Shown: positions 1 to 10,030, numbered from the stretch's first letter. The stretch: DNA of 15,413 nt from an uncultured Pseudomonadota bacterium (GCA_963847705.1 CAWKBC010000046.1:1-15413), one strand, 5' to 3'. Made by a program: numbers and translations. Notes: generated from the sequence alone by a model not told the origin.

Positions 1-237
1 CATCCCGGCGGCGTCGGCACGCTGCACGCCGGCTCCGCCATCGGCGCGCTGCGCCGGCTGGAGCAGCTCATCCAGGAAGCCGTCGTCACCGTGCCCCGCG
101 CGCTGATCGCCGAGACCATCGACGTGATCGCGGTGCTGTCCGGGCGGGGCGCCGCCCGCCGCCTCGCCGAACTCGCCGCCGTCGGGGACCTCGGTCCCGA
201 CGGCGATTACGTCCTCACCCCAGCAGGAGAGCCCTGA
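1..237 (+). CDS. trbB: P-type conjugative transfer ATPase TrbB (VirB11-like), C-terminal part only
   Basis: Frame 1 reads HPGGVGTLHAGSAIGALRRLEQLIQEAVVTVPRALIAETIDVIAVL...PAGEP*, containing the His-box (HPGG.GTLHA) of VirB11 ATPases. TGA 235-237 overlaps the trbC ATG. Confidence 0.92.
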   Translation, partial: HPGGVGTLHAGSAIGALRRLEQLIQEAVVTVPRALIAETIDVIAVLSGRGAARRLAELAAVGDLGPDGDYVLTPAGEP

Positions 238-557
238 TGCTGAATCGTCTTCGTGACCGCTTGGCGACGGCATCCGCCTTCGCCTTCTTCGTCCTCGCCA
301 CGGCGCCGGCCTATGCCGCCGGCTCCAACATGCCGTGGGAGCAGCCGCTGACCCAGATCCTGGATTCGATCCAGGGGCCGGTCGCCAAGGTGGTCTCCGT
401 CATCGTCATCATCACCACCGGTCTGACGCTGGCCTTCGGCGAGACCTCCGGCGGCTTCCGCCGGCTGATCCAGATCGTCTTCGGCCTCAGCATCGCCTTC
501 GCCGCGTCCAGCTTCTTCCTGACCTTCTTCCAGTTCGGCGGCGGGGCGCTGGTCTGA
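237..557 (+). CDS. trbC: Pilin TrbC/VirB2
   Basis: Signal peptide ending PAYA, then GSNMPWEQPL..ILDSIQGPVAK, two hydrophobic segments and C-terminal FGGGALV. RBS GGAG upstream. Confidence 0.93.
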   Translation: MLNRLRDRLATASAFAFFVLATAPAYAAGSNMPWEQPLTQILDSIQGPVAKVVSVIVIITTGLTLAFGETSGGFRRLIQIVFGLSIAFAASSFFLTFFQFGGGALV

Positions 558-826
558 TGGATCAGGCCGAACCGATCGCCGGGTTCTACGCGCCGGTCCA
601 TCGCGCGCTCACCGAGCCGATCCTGCTCGGCGGCGCGCCGCGCGCGGTGGCGATCCTGAATGGCACGCTCGCCGCCGCCGTGGGCTTGGGGTTGCGGCTC
701 TGGATCGTGGGCGGCGCCATCTGGCTGATCGGCCATCTGGCCGCCGTCTGGGCCGCCAAGCGCGACCCCGCCTTCGTCGATGTCGTGCGGCGGCACCTGC
801 GCTACCCGCAGCATCTGGTGGCGTGA
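557..826 (+). CDS. trbD: TrbD/VirB3 family protein (89 aa)
   Basis: Starts at ATG 557, overlapping the trbC stop: MDQAEPIAGFYAPVHRALTEPILLGGAPR...WAAKRDPAFVDVVRRHL. The track ORF 335..826 is over-extended. Confidence 0.92.
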   Translation: MDQAEPIAGFYAPVHRALTEPILLGGAPRAVAILNGTLAAAVGLGLRLWIVGGAIWLIGHLAAVWAAKRDPAFVDVVRRHLRYPQHLVA

Positions 827-835
827 GGCAGCGCC

Positions 836-3269
836 ATGATGAACCTCGCCGAATACCGCCACCGCAGCCAGAGCCTGGCCGACTTCCTGCCCTGGGCGGC
901 GCTGGTCGAGAAGGGCGTCATCCTCAACAAGGACGGCTCCTTCCAGCGCACCGCGCGGTTCCGCGGGCCGGACCTGGATTCCGCGACGCCGGCCGAACTG
1001 GTCGCGATCACCGGCCGGCTGAACAACGCGCTGCGGCGCCTCGGCTCGGGCTGGGCGATCTTCATCGAGGCACAGCGCCTGCCGGCCAACCGCTACCCCG
1101 AAGGCGAATTCCCCGACGCCGCCTCGCGCCTGGTCGATGCCGAGCGCCGGGCGCAGTTCGAGGAAGAAGGCGCCCATTTCGAGAGCCGGTATTTTCTGAC
1201 GCTTGGTCTGGCTGCCGCCGGCCGAGGACGCCGCCCGCGCCGAGGCCTGGCTCTATGAAGGCCGCGCCCGCGACGGCGCCGATTGGCGCGCGGCGCTGGC
1301 GGGGTTCATCGACCGCACCGACCGGGTGCTGGCGCTGATCGAGGGCTTCATGCCCGAGGCCGAGTGGCTCGATGATCCCGAGACGCTGACCTACCTGCAT
1401 TCCTGCATCTCGACCCGCCGCCAGCGCGTGCGCGTTCCCGAAACCCCGATGCACCTGGACGCCATCCTGGTGGACGAGGAACTGACCGGCGGCCTCGAAC
1501 CCCAGCTCGGCAGCGCGCATCTGCGCACGCTCACCATCATGGGCTTCCCGTCGCGCACCTGGCCGGGCCTGCTCGACGATCTGAACCGGCTGGCCTTTCC
1601 CTATCGCTGGTCCACCCGCGCGATCTGCATGGACAAGACCGACGCCACCAAGGTGCTCGGCCGCATCCGCCGGCAATGGTTCGCCAAGCGCAAATCGATC
1701 ATGGCGATCCTGAAGGAGGTGATGACCAACGAGGCGTCCGTCCTGATGGACAGCGACGCCGCCAACAAGGCGCTCGACGCCGATCAGGCCTTGCAGGAAC
1801 TCGGCTCCGATCTGGTCGGCCAGGCCTATGTCACGGCCACGATCACCGTCTGGGATGCCGATCCCCGCGTCGCGGAGGAACGCCAGCGCCTGGTCGAGAA
1901 GACCATCCAGGGCCGCGACTTCACCTGCATGCGCGAGACGGTGAACGCCATCGAGGCATGGCTCGGATCGTTGCCTGGCCACGTCTACGCCAATGTCCGC
2001 CAGCCGCCGGTCTCGACGCTCAACCTCGCCCACATGATGCCGTTCTCGGCCGTGTGGGCCGGGCCGGAACGGGATGAGCATTTTGGTGGGCCGCCGCTGT
2101 TCTTCGCGCGAACGGAAGGCTCCACCCCGTTCCGGTTCTCGCTGCATGTCGGCGATGTCGGCCACACGCTGATCGTGGGGCCGACCGGCGCCGGCAAGAG
2201 CGTGCTGCTGGCGCTGATGGCGCTCCAGTTCCGCCGCTATCCCGGCGCGCAGATATTCGCCTTCGATTTCGGCGGCTCGATCCGCGCCGCCGCTTTGTCG
2301 ATGGGCGGCGACTGGCACGACCTCGGCGGCGCGCTGGCCGACGACATCACCGAACCCGTCGCCCTCCAGCCGCTGTCGCGGATCGACGATGCCGGGGACC
2401 GCGCCTGGGCGGCGGATTGGGTCGCGGCCCTGCTGGCGCGTGAGTCGGTCACGGTCACCCCGGAACTGAAGGAGCATCTATGGTCCGCGCTGACCTCGCT
2501 TGCGTCCGCGCCGGTGGCGGAACGGACGATCACCGGCCTCTCCGTCCTGTTGCAGTCCAACGCGCTGAAGCAGGCCTTGCAGCCCTATACGCTGAACGGG
2601 CCTTGGGGGCGGCTGCTCGATGCCGAGACCGAGCGTCTCGGCGAGGCGGATGTCCAGGCGTTCGAGACCGAGGGGCTGATCGGCGCGGGTGCCGCGCCCG
2701 CCGTGCTGTCCTACCTGTTCCACCGCATCGAGGATCGTTTCGACGGCCGGCCCACGCTGCTCATCATCGACGAGGGCTGGCTCGCACTCGACGACAAAGG
2801 CTTCGCCGGCCAGTTGCGCGAATGGCTGAAGACGCTGCGGAAGAAGAACGCGAGCGTCATCTTCGCCACGCAGTCGCTGGCCGACATCGACGGCAGCGCC
2901 ATCGCGCCCGCGATCATCGAAAGCTGCCCGACGCGGCTGTTCCTGCCGAATGAACGCGCGCTCGAACCGCAGATCGCAACGATCTATCGCCGCTTTGGAC
3001 TGAACGATCGGCAGATCGAGATCCTCAGCCGCTCGACGCCGAAGCGCGACTATTACTGCCAGTCGCGGCGCGGCAATCGCCTGTTCGAGCTGGGCCTCTC
3101 CGAGGTGGCACTCGCCTTCACCGCCGCCTCCTCGAAAACCGATCAGGCCGCCATCGCAACCCTTATGGCCGAGACAGGAAAAGCCGGTTTCGCCGCCGCG
3201 TGGCTGCGCTCCAAAGGGCTGCATTGGGCGGCCGATATGCTCAACCAAAATTCGGAGGTGCCGTCATGA
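836..3269 (+). CDS. trbE: Conjugal transfer ATPase TrbE/VirB4, with one +1 frameshift near 1203-1206
   Basis: N-terminus MMNLAEYR..LADFLPWAALV..LNKDGSFQRTARFRGPDLDS; Walker A GPTGAGKS; Walker B LLIIDEGW; LRKKNASVIFATQS. Removing one base from ctTGgtc joins ESRYFLTL to VWLPPAED. Confidence 0.93.
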
Positions 3270-4009
3270 GCGGCTATCGTTTTCGCGCCGCGCTCGCCGC
3301 TGGCGTTGCCGTGCTCACGTTCGCCACGGCGAATGTCCCGGCGCGCGCGCAATGGATCGTCTATGATCCGACCAATTTTTCCCAGAATGTGCTGACCGCT
3401 GCTCGCGAGTTGCAGCAGGTCAATCAGAATATCCAGAGCCTGGAAAACCAGGCCACCATGCTGATCAACCAGGCCAAGAACCTGGCGAGCCTGCCGTATT
3501 CGTCGCTGGCTCAGCTCGAAGCCTCGATCCAGCGCACTGAGCAACTGCTCATGCAGGCGCAGAATATCGCTTACAGCGTCACGACAATCGACCAGGCGTT
3601 CACTCAGGTCTATCCGCAGAGCTATTCGGGATCGACATCCAGCACGCAAATGCTCGCCGATGCGCAAACGCGCTGGCAGAACGCGCGCGCTGGCTATCAG
3701 GATTCGATGCACGTCCAGGCGGGCGTGGTGCAGAACCTCCAGAACGCGCAGACGCAGATCAGCGCGCTGATATCCTCCAGCCAGTCGGCAAGCGGCGCGC
3801 TTCAGGCCGCGCAGTCCGGCAACCAGATCATGGGCCTCGCGGCGCAGCAGCTCGCCGATCTCACCGGCGTCATCGCCGCGATGGCGCGCGCGCAAAGCCT
3901 CGACAATGCCGGCCGGCTGGAGAGCGAGGCGCAGGGCCAGCAGCAGATGCAGAACTTCCTGAATTACGGCGCCGGCTATCAGCCCGGCAACGCGCAGATG
4001 TTCCACTGA
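3266..4009 (+). CDS. trbJ: P-type conjugative transfer protein TrbJ (VirB5-like), 247 aa
   Basis: ATG 3266 overlaps the trbE stop (ATGA), with GGAGG upstream. Signal peptide, then IVYDPTNFSQNVLTAARELQQVNQNIQSL, GALQAAQSGNQ and C-terminal YQPGNAQMFH. Confidence 0.92.
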   Translation: MSGYRFRAALAAGVAVLTFATANVPARAQWIVYDPTNFSQNVLTAARELQQVNQNIQSLENQATMLINQAKNLASLPYSSLAQLEASIQRTEQLLMQAQNIAYSVTTIDQAFTQVYPQSYSGSTSSTQMLADAQTRWQNARAGYQDSMHVQAGVVQNLQNAQTQISALISSSQSASGALQAAQSGNQIMGLAAQQLADLTGVIAAMARAQSLDNAGRLESEAQGQQQMQNFLNYGAGYQPGNAQMFH

Positions 4010-4290
4010 TGCGCGGCCGGCTTCTCAATCTTCCCGCGATCGGCCGCGCGGCGGGATGCCTGCTGGTTGCCGCGGCGATTATCGCGGCGGCCGTGCAGTT
4101 TCATCGCCACGGCGCGCCACGGCCTTTGCCAACATCTTCGGCGGCGTCTCGTCCCGATCCATTGGCGGCAGCTATGGCACGTTGCCAGGCGCTCGGCATG
4201 GCGGCGGAGAACGACGCAGCCTGCCAGGCGGCCTGGGCCGAGAACCGCCGCCGCTTCTTCAATGATTTGCCGGCGCCGGAGGCTCGGTAA
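4009..4290 (+). CDS. trbK: Putative entry-exclusion protein, TrbK-alt type
   Basis: Lies between trbJ and trbL; N-terminal hydrophobic anchor; DPL...ARCQALG.AA.ND.ACQAAWAENRRRFF two-Cys motif. Confidence 0.8.
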   Translation: MRGRLLNLPAIGRAAGCLLVAAAIIAAAVQFHRHGAPRPLPTSSAASRPDPLAAAMARCQALGMAAENDAACQAAWAENRRRFFNDLPAPEAR

Positions 4291-4295
4291 TCGCG

Positions 4296-5575
4296 ATGGG
4301 CGGCACCGGCGTCATCGACGGGTTCCTCGGGACCTTCACGCAATACATCGATTCCGGCTTCGGCCTGGTGCAGGGCGACGTGCGCTGGCTCGCCGGCGTT
4401 CTGATCGGCATCGACATCACGCTCGCCGGCCTGTTCTGGGCGCTGGCGCCCGACGAGGACGTGCTCGCCCGGCTGATCAAGAAGACGCTCTATATCGGCG
4501 TCTTCGCCTTCATCATCGGCAACTACAACAACCTCGCCCAGATCATCTACAATTCCTTCGCCGGGCTCGGCATCGAGGCGGGCGGCGGCACGATGAACGC
4601 CGCGCAGCTTCTGCAGCCCGGCAAGCTCGCCCAGGTCGGCATCGACGCCGGCAAGCCCATCCTGACCTCGATCTCCGGGATGATGGGCTTCACCAGCGTC
4701 TTCGCGAACCTCGTGCAGATCATCATCCTGCTCGTCGCCTGGATGATCGTCGTCATCAGCTTCTTCATCATGGCGATCCAGCTCTTCGTCAGCCTGATCG
4801 AGTTCAAGCTGACCACGCTCGCCGGCTTCGTGCTGGTGCCGTTCGGCCTGTTCGGCCGCACCGCCTTCCTCGCCGAGAAGGTGCTCGGCAACGTCGTCTC
4901 GTCCGGCGTGAAGATTCTGGTGCTGGCCGTGATCGTCGGCATCGGCTCGACGATCTTCGGCCAGTTCACCAACGGCTTCAACAATCCGCCGACCATCTCC
5001 GACGCGCTGACGCTGATCCTCGCCTCGCTGGCGCTGCTCGGCCTGTCGATCTTCGGGCCCGGCATCGCCAACGGCCTGATCGCCGGCGGCCCGCAGCTTG
5101 GCGCGGGCGCCGCTGTCGGCACCGGCCTCGCCGTGGCCGGCATCGGCGCTGCGGGCGCCGGGCTCGTGGCCGGTGGCGTCGGCGCCATTGGTGCTGCCGG
5201 CGGTGCCGTGGCTGGCGCCGCGCGCGGCGGCGCATCGATCGCGGGTGCCGCCACCACGGCCTATCGCGCCGGCGGCATGTCCGGCGTCGCCGAGGCCGCC
5301 GGCTCCGCCGCGATGAGCCCGCTGCGGCGTGCCGCCGCCAGCATGCGCGAAAGCTTCGCCGCCGGCGGCCGGGCCGTGACGGGAGAAGGCGTCGGGGGGT
5401 CGGCGCGTCTCCCGGTGGTTCGAGCCAGGGCGAAGCGGCCGGGCCGCCCGCCTGGGCGCGCCGGATGCAGCGCAACCAATCCATCAGCCGCGGCGCCAGC
5501 GCCGCCCATCAGGCGATCCGCTCCGGCGATCATCCGTCGAGCGGCGGCGGCATCGACCTGTCCGAAGGGGAATGA
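4296..5575 (+). CDS. trbL: TrbL/VirB6 inner-membrane protein, with a -1 frameshift near the G6 run at 5394-5399
   Basis: MGGTGVIDGFLGTFTQYIDSGFGL; IEFKLTTLAGFVLVPF; Gly/Ala-rich tail. The typical C-terminus GPPAWARRMQR...AIRSGDH...IDLSEGE* lies in another frame ending at 5575, and one extra G restores it. Confidence 0.9.
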
Positions 5576-5578
5576 TCC

Positions 5579-6260
5579 ATGTTCCGAAGGCCCATCGTCC
5601 GCTACGGCAAGACGCCCGAACCCGAGACGCCCTACCAGCGCGCCGGCCAGGTCTGGGATGACCGCATCGGCTCCGCCCGCGTCCAGGCGAAGAACTGGCG
5701 GCTTCGCCTTCTTCGGCGCGCTGGCCCTCAGCGGCGGCCTCGCCGGCGGCCTGGTCTGGCAATCGGCGCGCGGCACCATCACGCCCTGGGTGGTGCAGGT
5801 CGACAAGCTCGGCCAGGCGCAGGCGGTCGCGCCCGCGACCGCCGACTATCAGCCGACCGATCCGCAGATCGCCTGGCATCTGGCCCGCTTCATCGAGGAG
5901 GTGCGCAGCATCCCCGCCGATCCCGTCGTGCTGCGGCAGGACTGGCTCGACGCCTACAACTACGTCACCGACAAGGGCGCGCTGGCGCTGAACGATTACG
6001 CGCGCACCAACGATCCCTTCTCCAAGGTCGGCAAGACCCAGGTCGCCGTCGAGGTCTCCAGCGTCATCCGCGCCTCGGCCGACAGCTTCCGCGTCGCCTG
6101 GACCGAGCGCCGCTACGTCGATGACGCGCTGGCCGCCACCGAGCGCTGGAGCGCCATCCTCACCATCGTGGTGCAGCCGCCGACCGACGCCGATCGGCTG
6201 AAGAAGAACCCGCTCGGCGTCTACGTCCACGCCCTCAACTGGTCAAAGGAGCTCGGCTGA
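5579..6260 (+). CDS. trbF: Conjugal transfer protein TrbF (VirB8-like), with a +1 frameshift at 5703-5704
   Basis: MFRRPIVRYGKTPEPETPYQRAGQVWDDRIGSARVQAKNWRL joins AFFGAL...PWVVQVD...KNPLGVYVHALNWSKELG* on removing one T. Confidence 0.92.
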
Positions 6261-7247
6261 TGCGCGTAGCGCCCCTCGCAATCCTTCTGCTTGCCGGCAC
6301 GTCGCTCGGCGCCTGCTCCACCTGGAAGCCGCCGGAGATCAAATACGACGACACGCCGAAACAGGCGGTGCTGGCGCCCGATCCGCCGAAGCCGGTGGAG
6401 ATCGTCCAGTTGCCGCAGCCTCTGCCGCTGCCGGGCCAGCTCAAGCCGATCCCCGGCGCGCAGGACCGCGCCGCCGGAGGCCGCCGATCCGCGCGTCCGC
6501 GTGGATCAGGCCAATGGCGCGGCCCGCGTGCAGCCGACGCGGGCCGGCTACATCAATGCCATCCAGGTCTATCCGTTCTCGGACGGCGCCCTCTACCAGC
6601 TCTATGCCGCCCCCGGCGAAATCACCGACATCGCGCTCGAAGCCGGCGAGCAGCTCGTCGGCACCGGCCCGGTCGCCGCCGGCGACACGGTGCGCTGGAT
6701 CATCGGCGACACCGAGAGCGGATCCGGCGCCACCAAGCGGGTCCATATCCTGGTCAAGCCGACCCGGCCGGATCTCGTCACCAACCTGGTCATCAACACC
6801 GACCGCCGGACCTATCACCTGGAACTGCGCTCGGCCGAGAAGACCTACATGGCCTCGGTCTCCTGGGCCTATCCGCAGGACCAGCTCATCGCGCTGCGCC
6901 GGCAGAACGCCGCCGCCGATGAGGCGGCGCCGATCGCGTCCGGCGTCGATATCGGCGCGCTCAATTTCCGCTACCGGATCGAGGGCGACGATCCGGCCTG
7001 GCGGCCGCTGCGCGCCTTCGATGACGGGCGGCAGGTGTTCATCGAATTCCCGTCCGGCATCGGCCAGGGCGAGATGCCGCCGCTCTGGGTGATCGGCGCG
7101 GAGGGCGGCGCCGAACTGGTGAACTACCGCGTGCGCGGCAACCACATGATCGTCGACCGGCTGTTCGCCGCGGCCGAGCTGCGGCTCGGCGGCGAGCATC
7201 AGCAGAAGGTCCGCATCGTCCGCACCGATGGAAGGCCGCAGTCGTGA
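6260..7247 (+). CDS. trbG: P-type conjugative transfer protein TrbG (VirB9-like), with a +1 frameshift near the C4 run at 6451-6454
   Basis: Lipoprotein-like leader LLLAGTSLGAC; PLPLPGQLKP; GYINAIQVYPFSDGALYQLYAAPG; AAGDTVRWIIGDT; WRPLRAFDDG; ELVNYRV; VDRLFAAAELRLG. Confidence 0.92.
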
Positions 7248-8417
7248 CCGAGGGCGCGAACGATGCGGGCGGCGACGGGCGGCCGGCGGTCGAGATGCGC
7301 CTGCGCCCGAGCCGGGCGCCGGTCACGCGGCTTTCGCGCAAGGTGCTGCTGGGCCTGGGCACGGTGGCCGCCGTCGGCATCGGCGGCGCGCTGTTCTTCG
7401 CGCTGCGACCGCAGCATCAGACCGGCGGGTCAGAACTCTACAACACCAGCAACCGCACGACGCCGGACGGGCTGGCCAACTTGCCACGCGACTACACCGG
7501 CCTGCCGCACAACGCGCCGCAGCTCGGGCCGCCGCTGCCCGGCGATCTCGGCCGGCCCATGGTGAATGCCGGCACGGCCGCGCCAGGCATGCCGCAGCCC
7601 GCGGCGGGACCGAGCCCTGAGCAGCAGCGCATCGCCCAGGAGCAGGAGGCCGCGCGAACCAGCCATCTGTTCGCGACCACCAATGCCGGGCAAACCGTCT
7701 CCGCCGTCATTCCGGCGGCGGCGGCACTGCCCGGCGCCGTGCCCAACGGCTGCAGGATCGCCGGGCCTGACCTCCCAGGACCACAAGCTCGCCTTCCTGA
7801 ACGGCGACGTCGATCGGCGGACCGTCAGCCCCGATCGCGTCGAGGCGCCGGCCAGCACCAATATCCTCCAGGCCGGCGCGGTCATCGCGGCGTCGCTGCT
7901 GACCGGGCTGCGCTCCGATCTGCCCGGCCAGGTCACCGCCCAGGTCACCGAGAACGTCTATGACAGCCCGACCGGCCGCATTCTGCTGATCCCGCAGGGC
8001 GCCCGGCTTGTCGGCCAATACGACGCCCAGGTCGCCTTCGGCCAATCCCGGGCGCTGCTGGTCTGGAACCGCCTCATCATGCCGAACGGCCGCTCGATCG
8101 TTCTGGAGCGCCAGCCCGGCGCCGACCCGGAGGGCTATGCCGGCCTGGAGGACCAGGTCGATAACCACTGGGGCATGCTGTTCAAGGCGGCGATCCTCTC
8201 GACCCTGCTCAGCGTCGGCTCCGAGGCCGGCACCAGCGACAACGAGAACTCCCTCGTCCAGGCCATCCGCCAGGGCGCCTCGCAGAGCTTCAGCCAGGTC
8301 GGCGAGCAGGTGGTCGGCCGATCGCTGAACGTGCAGCCGACCATCACCATCCGGCCGGGCTTTCCGGTGCGGGTGCTGGTGACCCACGACCTCGTTCTCG
8401 AACCCTATCAGAGCTGA
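7244..8417 (+). CDS. trbI: TrbI/VirB10 family protein, with a +1 frameshift near 7742-7746
   Basis: GTG start overlaps the trbG stop. N-terminal half: PVTRLSRKVL, TM segment, PQLGPPLPGDLGRP. Second frame: LQAGAVIAASLLTGLRSDLPGQVTAQVTENVYDSPTG, GYAGLEDQVDNHW, QPTITIRPG, DLVLEPY. Confidence 0.92.
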
Positions 8418-8426
8418 GGACCGACC

Positions 8427-8666
8427 ATGGCCAAGTTGAAGCTCGGCGCCATCGACGACGACAAGCCGGTGAAGCTCACCGTCGAACTGCCGGCGGCCAT
8501 CCATCGCGATCTCGTCGCCTACGGCCAGGTGCTGGCGCGCGAGACCGGTCAGGGCGCACCCGAGCCGGCGAAGCTGATCGCCCCGATGATCGCCCGGTTC
8601 ATGGCGACGGATCGCGCCTTCGCAAAGCTCCGGCGGCCCGCGCCGGCGTCAGACAAGGCGCCGTGA
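8427..8666 (+). CDS. DUF2274-like small protein
   Basis: MAKLKLGAIDDDKPVKLTVELPAAIHRDLVAYGQVL...EPAKLIAPMIARFMATDRAFAK matches the small conserved gene usually found after trbI. RBS GAGGA upstream. Confidence 0.85.
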   Translation: MAKLKLGAIDDDKPVKLTVELPAAIHRDLVAYGQVLARETGQGAPEPAKLIAPMIARFMATDRAFAKLRRPAPASDKAP

Positions 8667-9547
8667 ACGGGTCTCGTCGCGCAGGTAGGCGACAAAACGG
8701 CCGACGGCCGCGTCCTCCAGCTCGGGTCGCCAGACCAGCTCGATCTGCAAGCGACGCATTCGTCTCTGCGATCGGCCGGAACACCACGCCGGGTACGGTG
8801 ACCTCGGCCTGGCTCGCCGTCGCCAGCGTCACGCCAAAACCCGCGGCGACCAGCGCGAAGACACTCTGCTTGCTCGCCGGCGTGCGCGATGAGAATCGCG
8901 ACGCTTTGCCCAGCAGGGACGCGTAGAGTTCCCGCGTCGCCTGACTGTCGTCCCATTCCTGAATCAGGATCGTCCTCGTCCCGGAGATCGGCCCAATCGA
9001 CGGACTTGCGCTCCGCCAGCGCGTGGTCGTGCGGCAGCTGCCGCGACAGGCGCTCGAGATAGAGCGGCAATGCTTGCCGCGCTGCCGCAGGGCGTAAAGC
9101 TGGTGATCAGTCCGACATCCAGCCGGCGGAGTTCCAAGCGCTTTGGCCATGCCGGCTCGTTCATCTCGGCGATCGTCAGCGCGACATTCGGGTGCCGCTC
9201 CCGCCAGCCCGCCAGCAGGCTGACCGAGTGGCTCACCGACGGGTGGCATCCGCACGCCGAGCCGGATCGCGCCGATATGTCCTGATCCCGTTCTCGCCGG
9301 CCGCGCGGACCACGGCGTCGAACTCGGCCAAGGTCCGGTTCACATGCCCCATCAGCGACTGGCCGCCCGCCGTGAGATGCACGCCGCTCTTCGCCCGCTC
9401 GAACAGGGCAAATCCCAACTCGTCCTCGAGCCGGCCGATGCGACGGCTGATCGTCGAGGTATCAAGGCCAAGCGACTTCGCGGCGCGGCCGAAATTGCCG
9501 GCGTTGGCAGCCGCGGCGAGATATTTCAGGTCGACGATGTCCATCAT
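8649..9547 (-). pseudogene. LysR-family transcriptional regulator, multiply frameshifted in this sequence
   Basis: HTH MDIVDLKYLAAAANAGNFGRAAKSLGLDTSTISRRIGRLEDELGFALFERAKSGVHLTAGG. Substrate-domain pieces in shifting frames: IRLGVRMPP, WRERHPNVALTIAEM, RRLDVGL, LPHDHALA, ALVAAGFGVTL, PGVVFRPI, IELVWRPELEDAAVGRFVAYLR..LV*. RBS AGGGAG upstream of ATG 9547. Confidence 0.85.
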
Positions 9548-9942
9548 CGGCGCGCTCCCTCGCGGCCGCTGATCCAGCCGTCCGGGCGCCAGCCATCCGC
9601 AAGGATTTCTGGCTGGAGCAGGTCGGAAACGGTGAGAGCGATAAGCCTTGATCTGTGCCAAACATGTGACGACCCTTTCTTTCGGTCGCCCGGCTCAGTC
9701 AGTTGCAGTGTTCGCGTGCCCGCTGTCCCCCGCGGCTGGCCTCCTGCGCGAACCGCACCTGGTGCCGGTGCAACCCATTCGCCAAGTGGCATCGTCGCAG
9801 GGCGACGCCGTCCACTTTGGGGAAATCGGTATGGAGGGCTTTTCCGTCAAGAAACGCGCCATTGGTCGGCCAGACACTCTGCGGGCCTCGTTCGAACAAG
9901 GACACGCCGACTGCGTCGTCCAAGGGCGGCAAGTCGGCGATG

Positions 9943-10028
9943 GATTATCGCGCATTTCAGATGCGGGAAAATTCTTGCTCCCCGGCGTCGAGTGTGGGAT
10001 TATCGCGCATCTGAGATGCGGGATAATC
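9943..10028 (+). promoter_or_regulatory. Two 31-bp palindromic operator-like repeats around a putative sigma70 promoter of the HipA-like gene
   Basis: 9943-9973 GATTATCGCGCATTT-C-AGATGCGGGAAAATT and 9998-10028 GATTATCGCGCATCT-G-AGATGCGGGATAATC are 27/31 identical at a 55-bp offset; copy 2 has 14/15 self-complementary arms. Promoter candidate: TTGCTC (9975-9980), 17 bp, GATTAT (9998-10003), with TG at the extended -10 position. Confidence 0.75.
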
Positions 10029-10030
10029 GA

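Larger units (their letters stand above)
1..8666 (+). mobile_element. Conjugative transfer (Trb/T4SS) module of a Tn4371-like ICE or related conjugative element; element ends not in view
   Basis: Gene order trbB-C-D-E-J-K-L-F-G-I-DUF2274 with no trbH; overlapping stop/start codons (TGATG, ATGA, GTGA); followed by LysR and cargo. No integrase or relaxase in the window, so ICE versus plasmid is an inference. Confidence 0.8.

Noticed and set aside
5090-5370. GCC/GGC-rich quasi-repeats
   Set aside because: Explained by the normal Gly/Ala-rich TrbL tail.
4067-5390. Upstream part of the 502-aa ORF 4067..5575
   Set aside because: Off-frame Arg-rich reading of trbK and trbL; only the last ~60 codons are the true TrbL tail.
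311-8504. Long minus-strand ORFs across the trb operon (e.g. 1062..2477, 3143..4006, 7707..8504)
   Set aside because: Shadow ORFs expected from high GC3 codon bias opposite real genes; no motifs.
9943-10028. Repeat-spacer-repeat as a mini CRISPR array
   Set aside because: Only two copies with a 24-bp gap, no cas genes, and the position over a promoter fits operators better.
9344-10030. N-terminal 229 aa of the 847-aa track ORF
   Set aside because: Overlaps the lysR HTH antisense and runs through the operators and promoter; Arg/Pro-rich sequence with no domain signal. The real start is likely ATG 10031.
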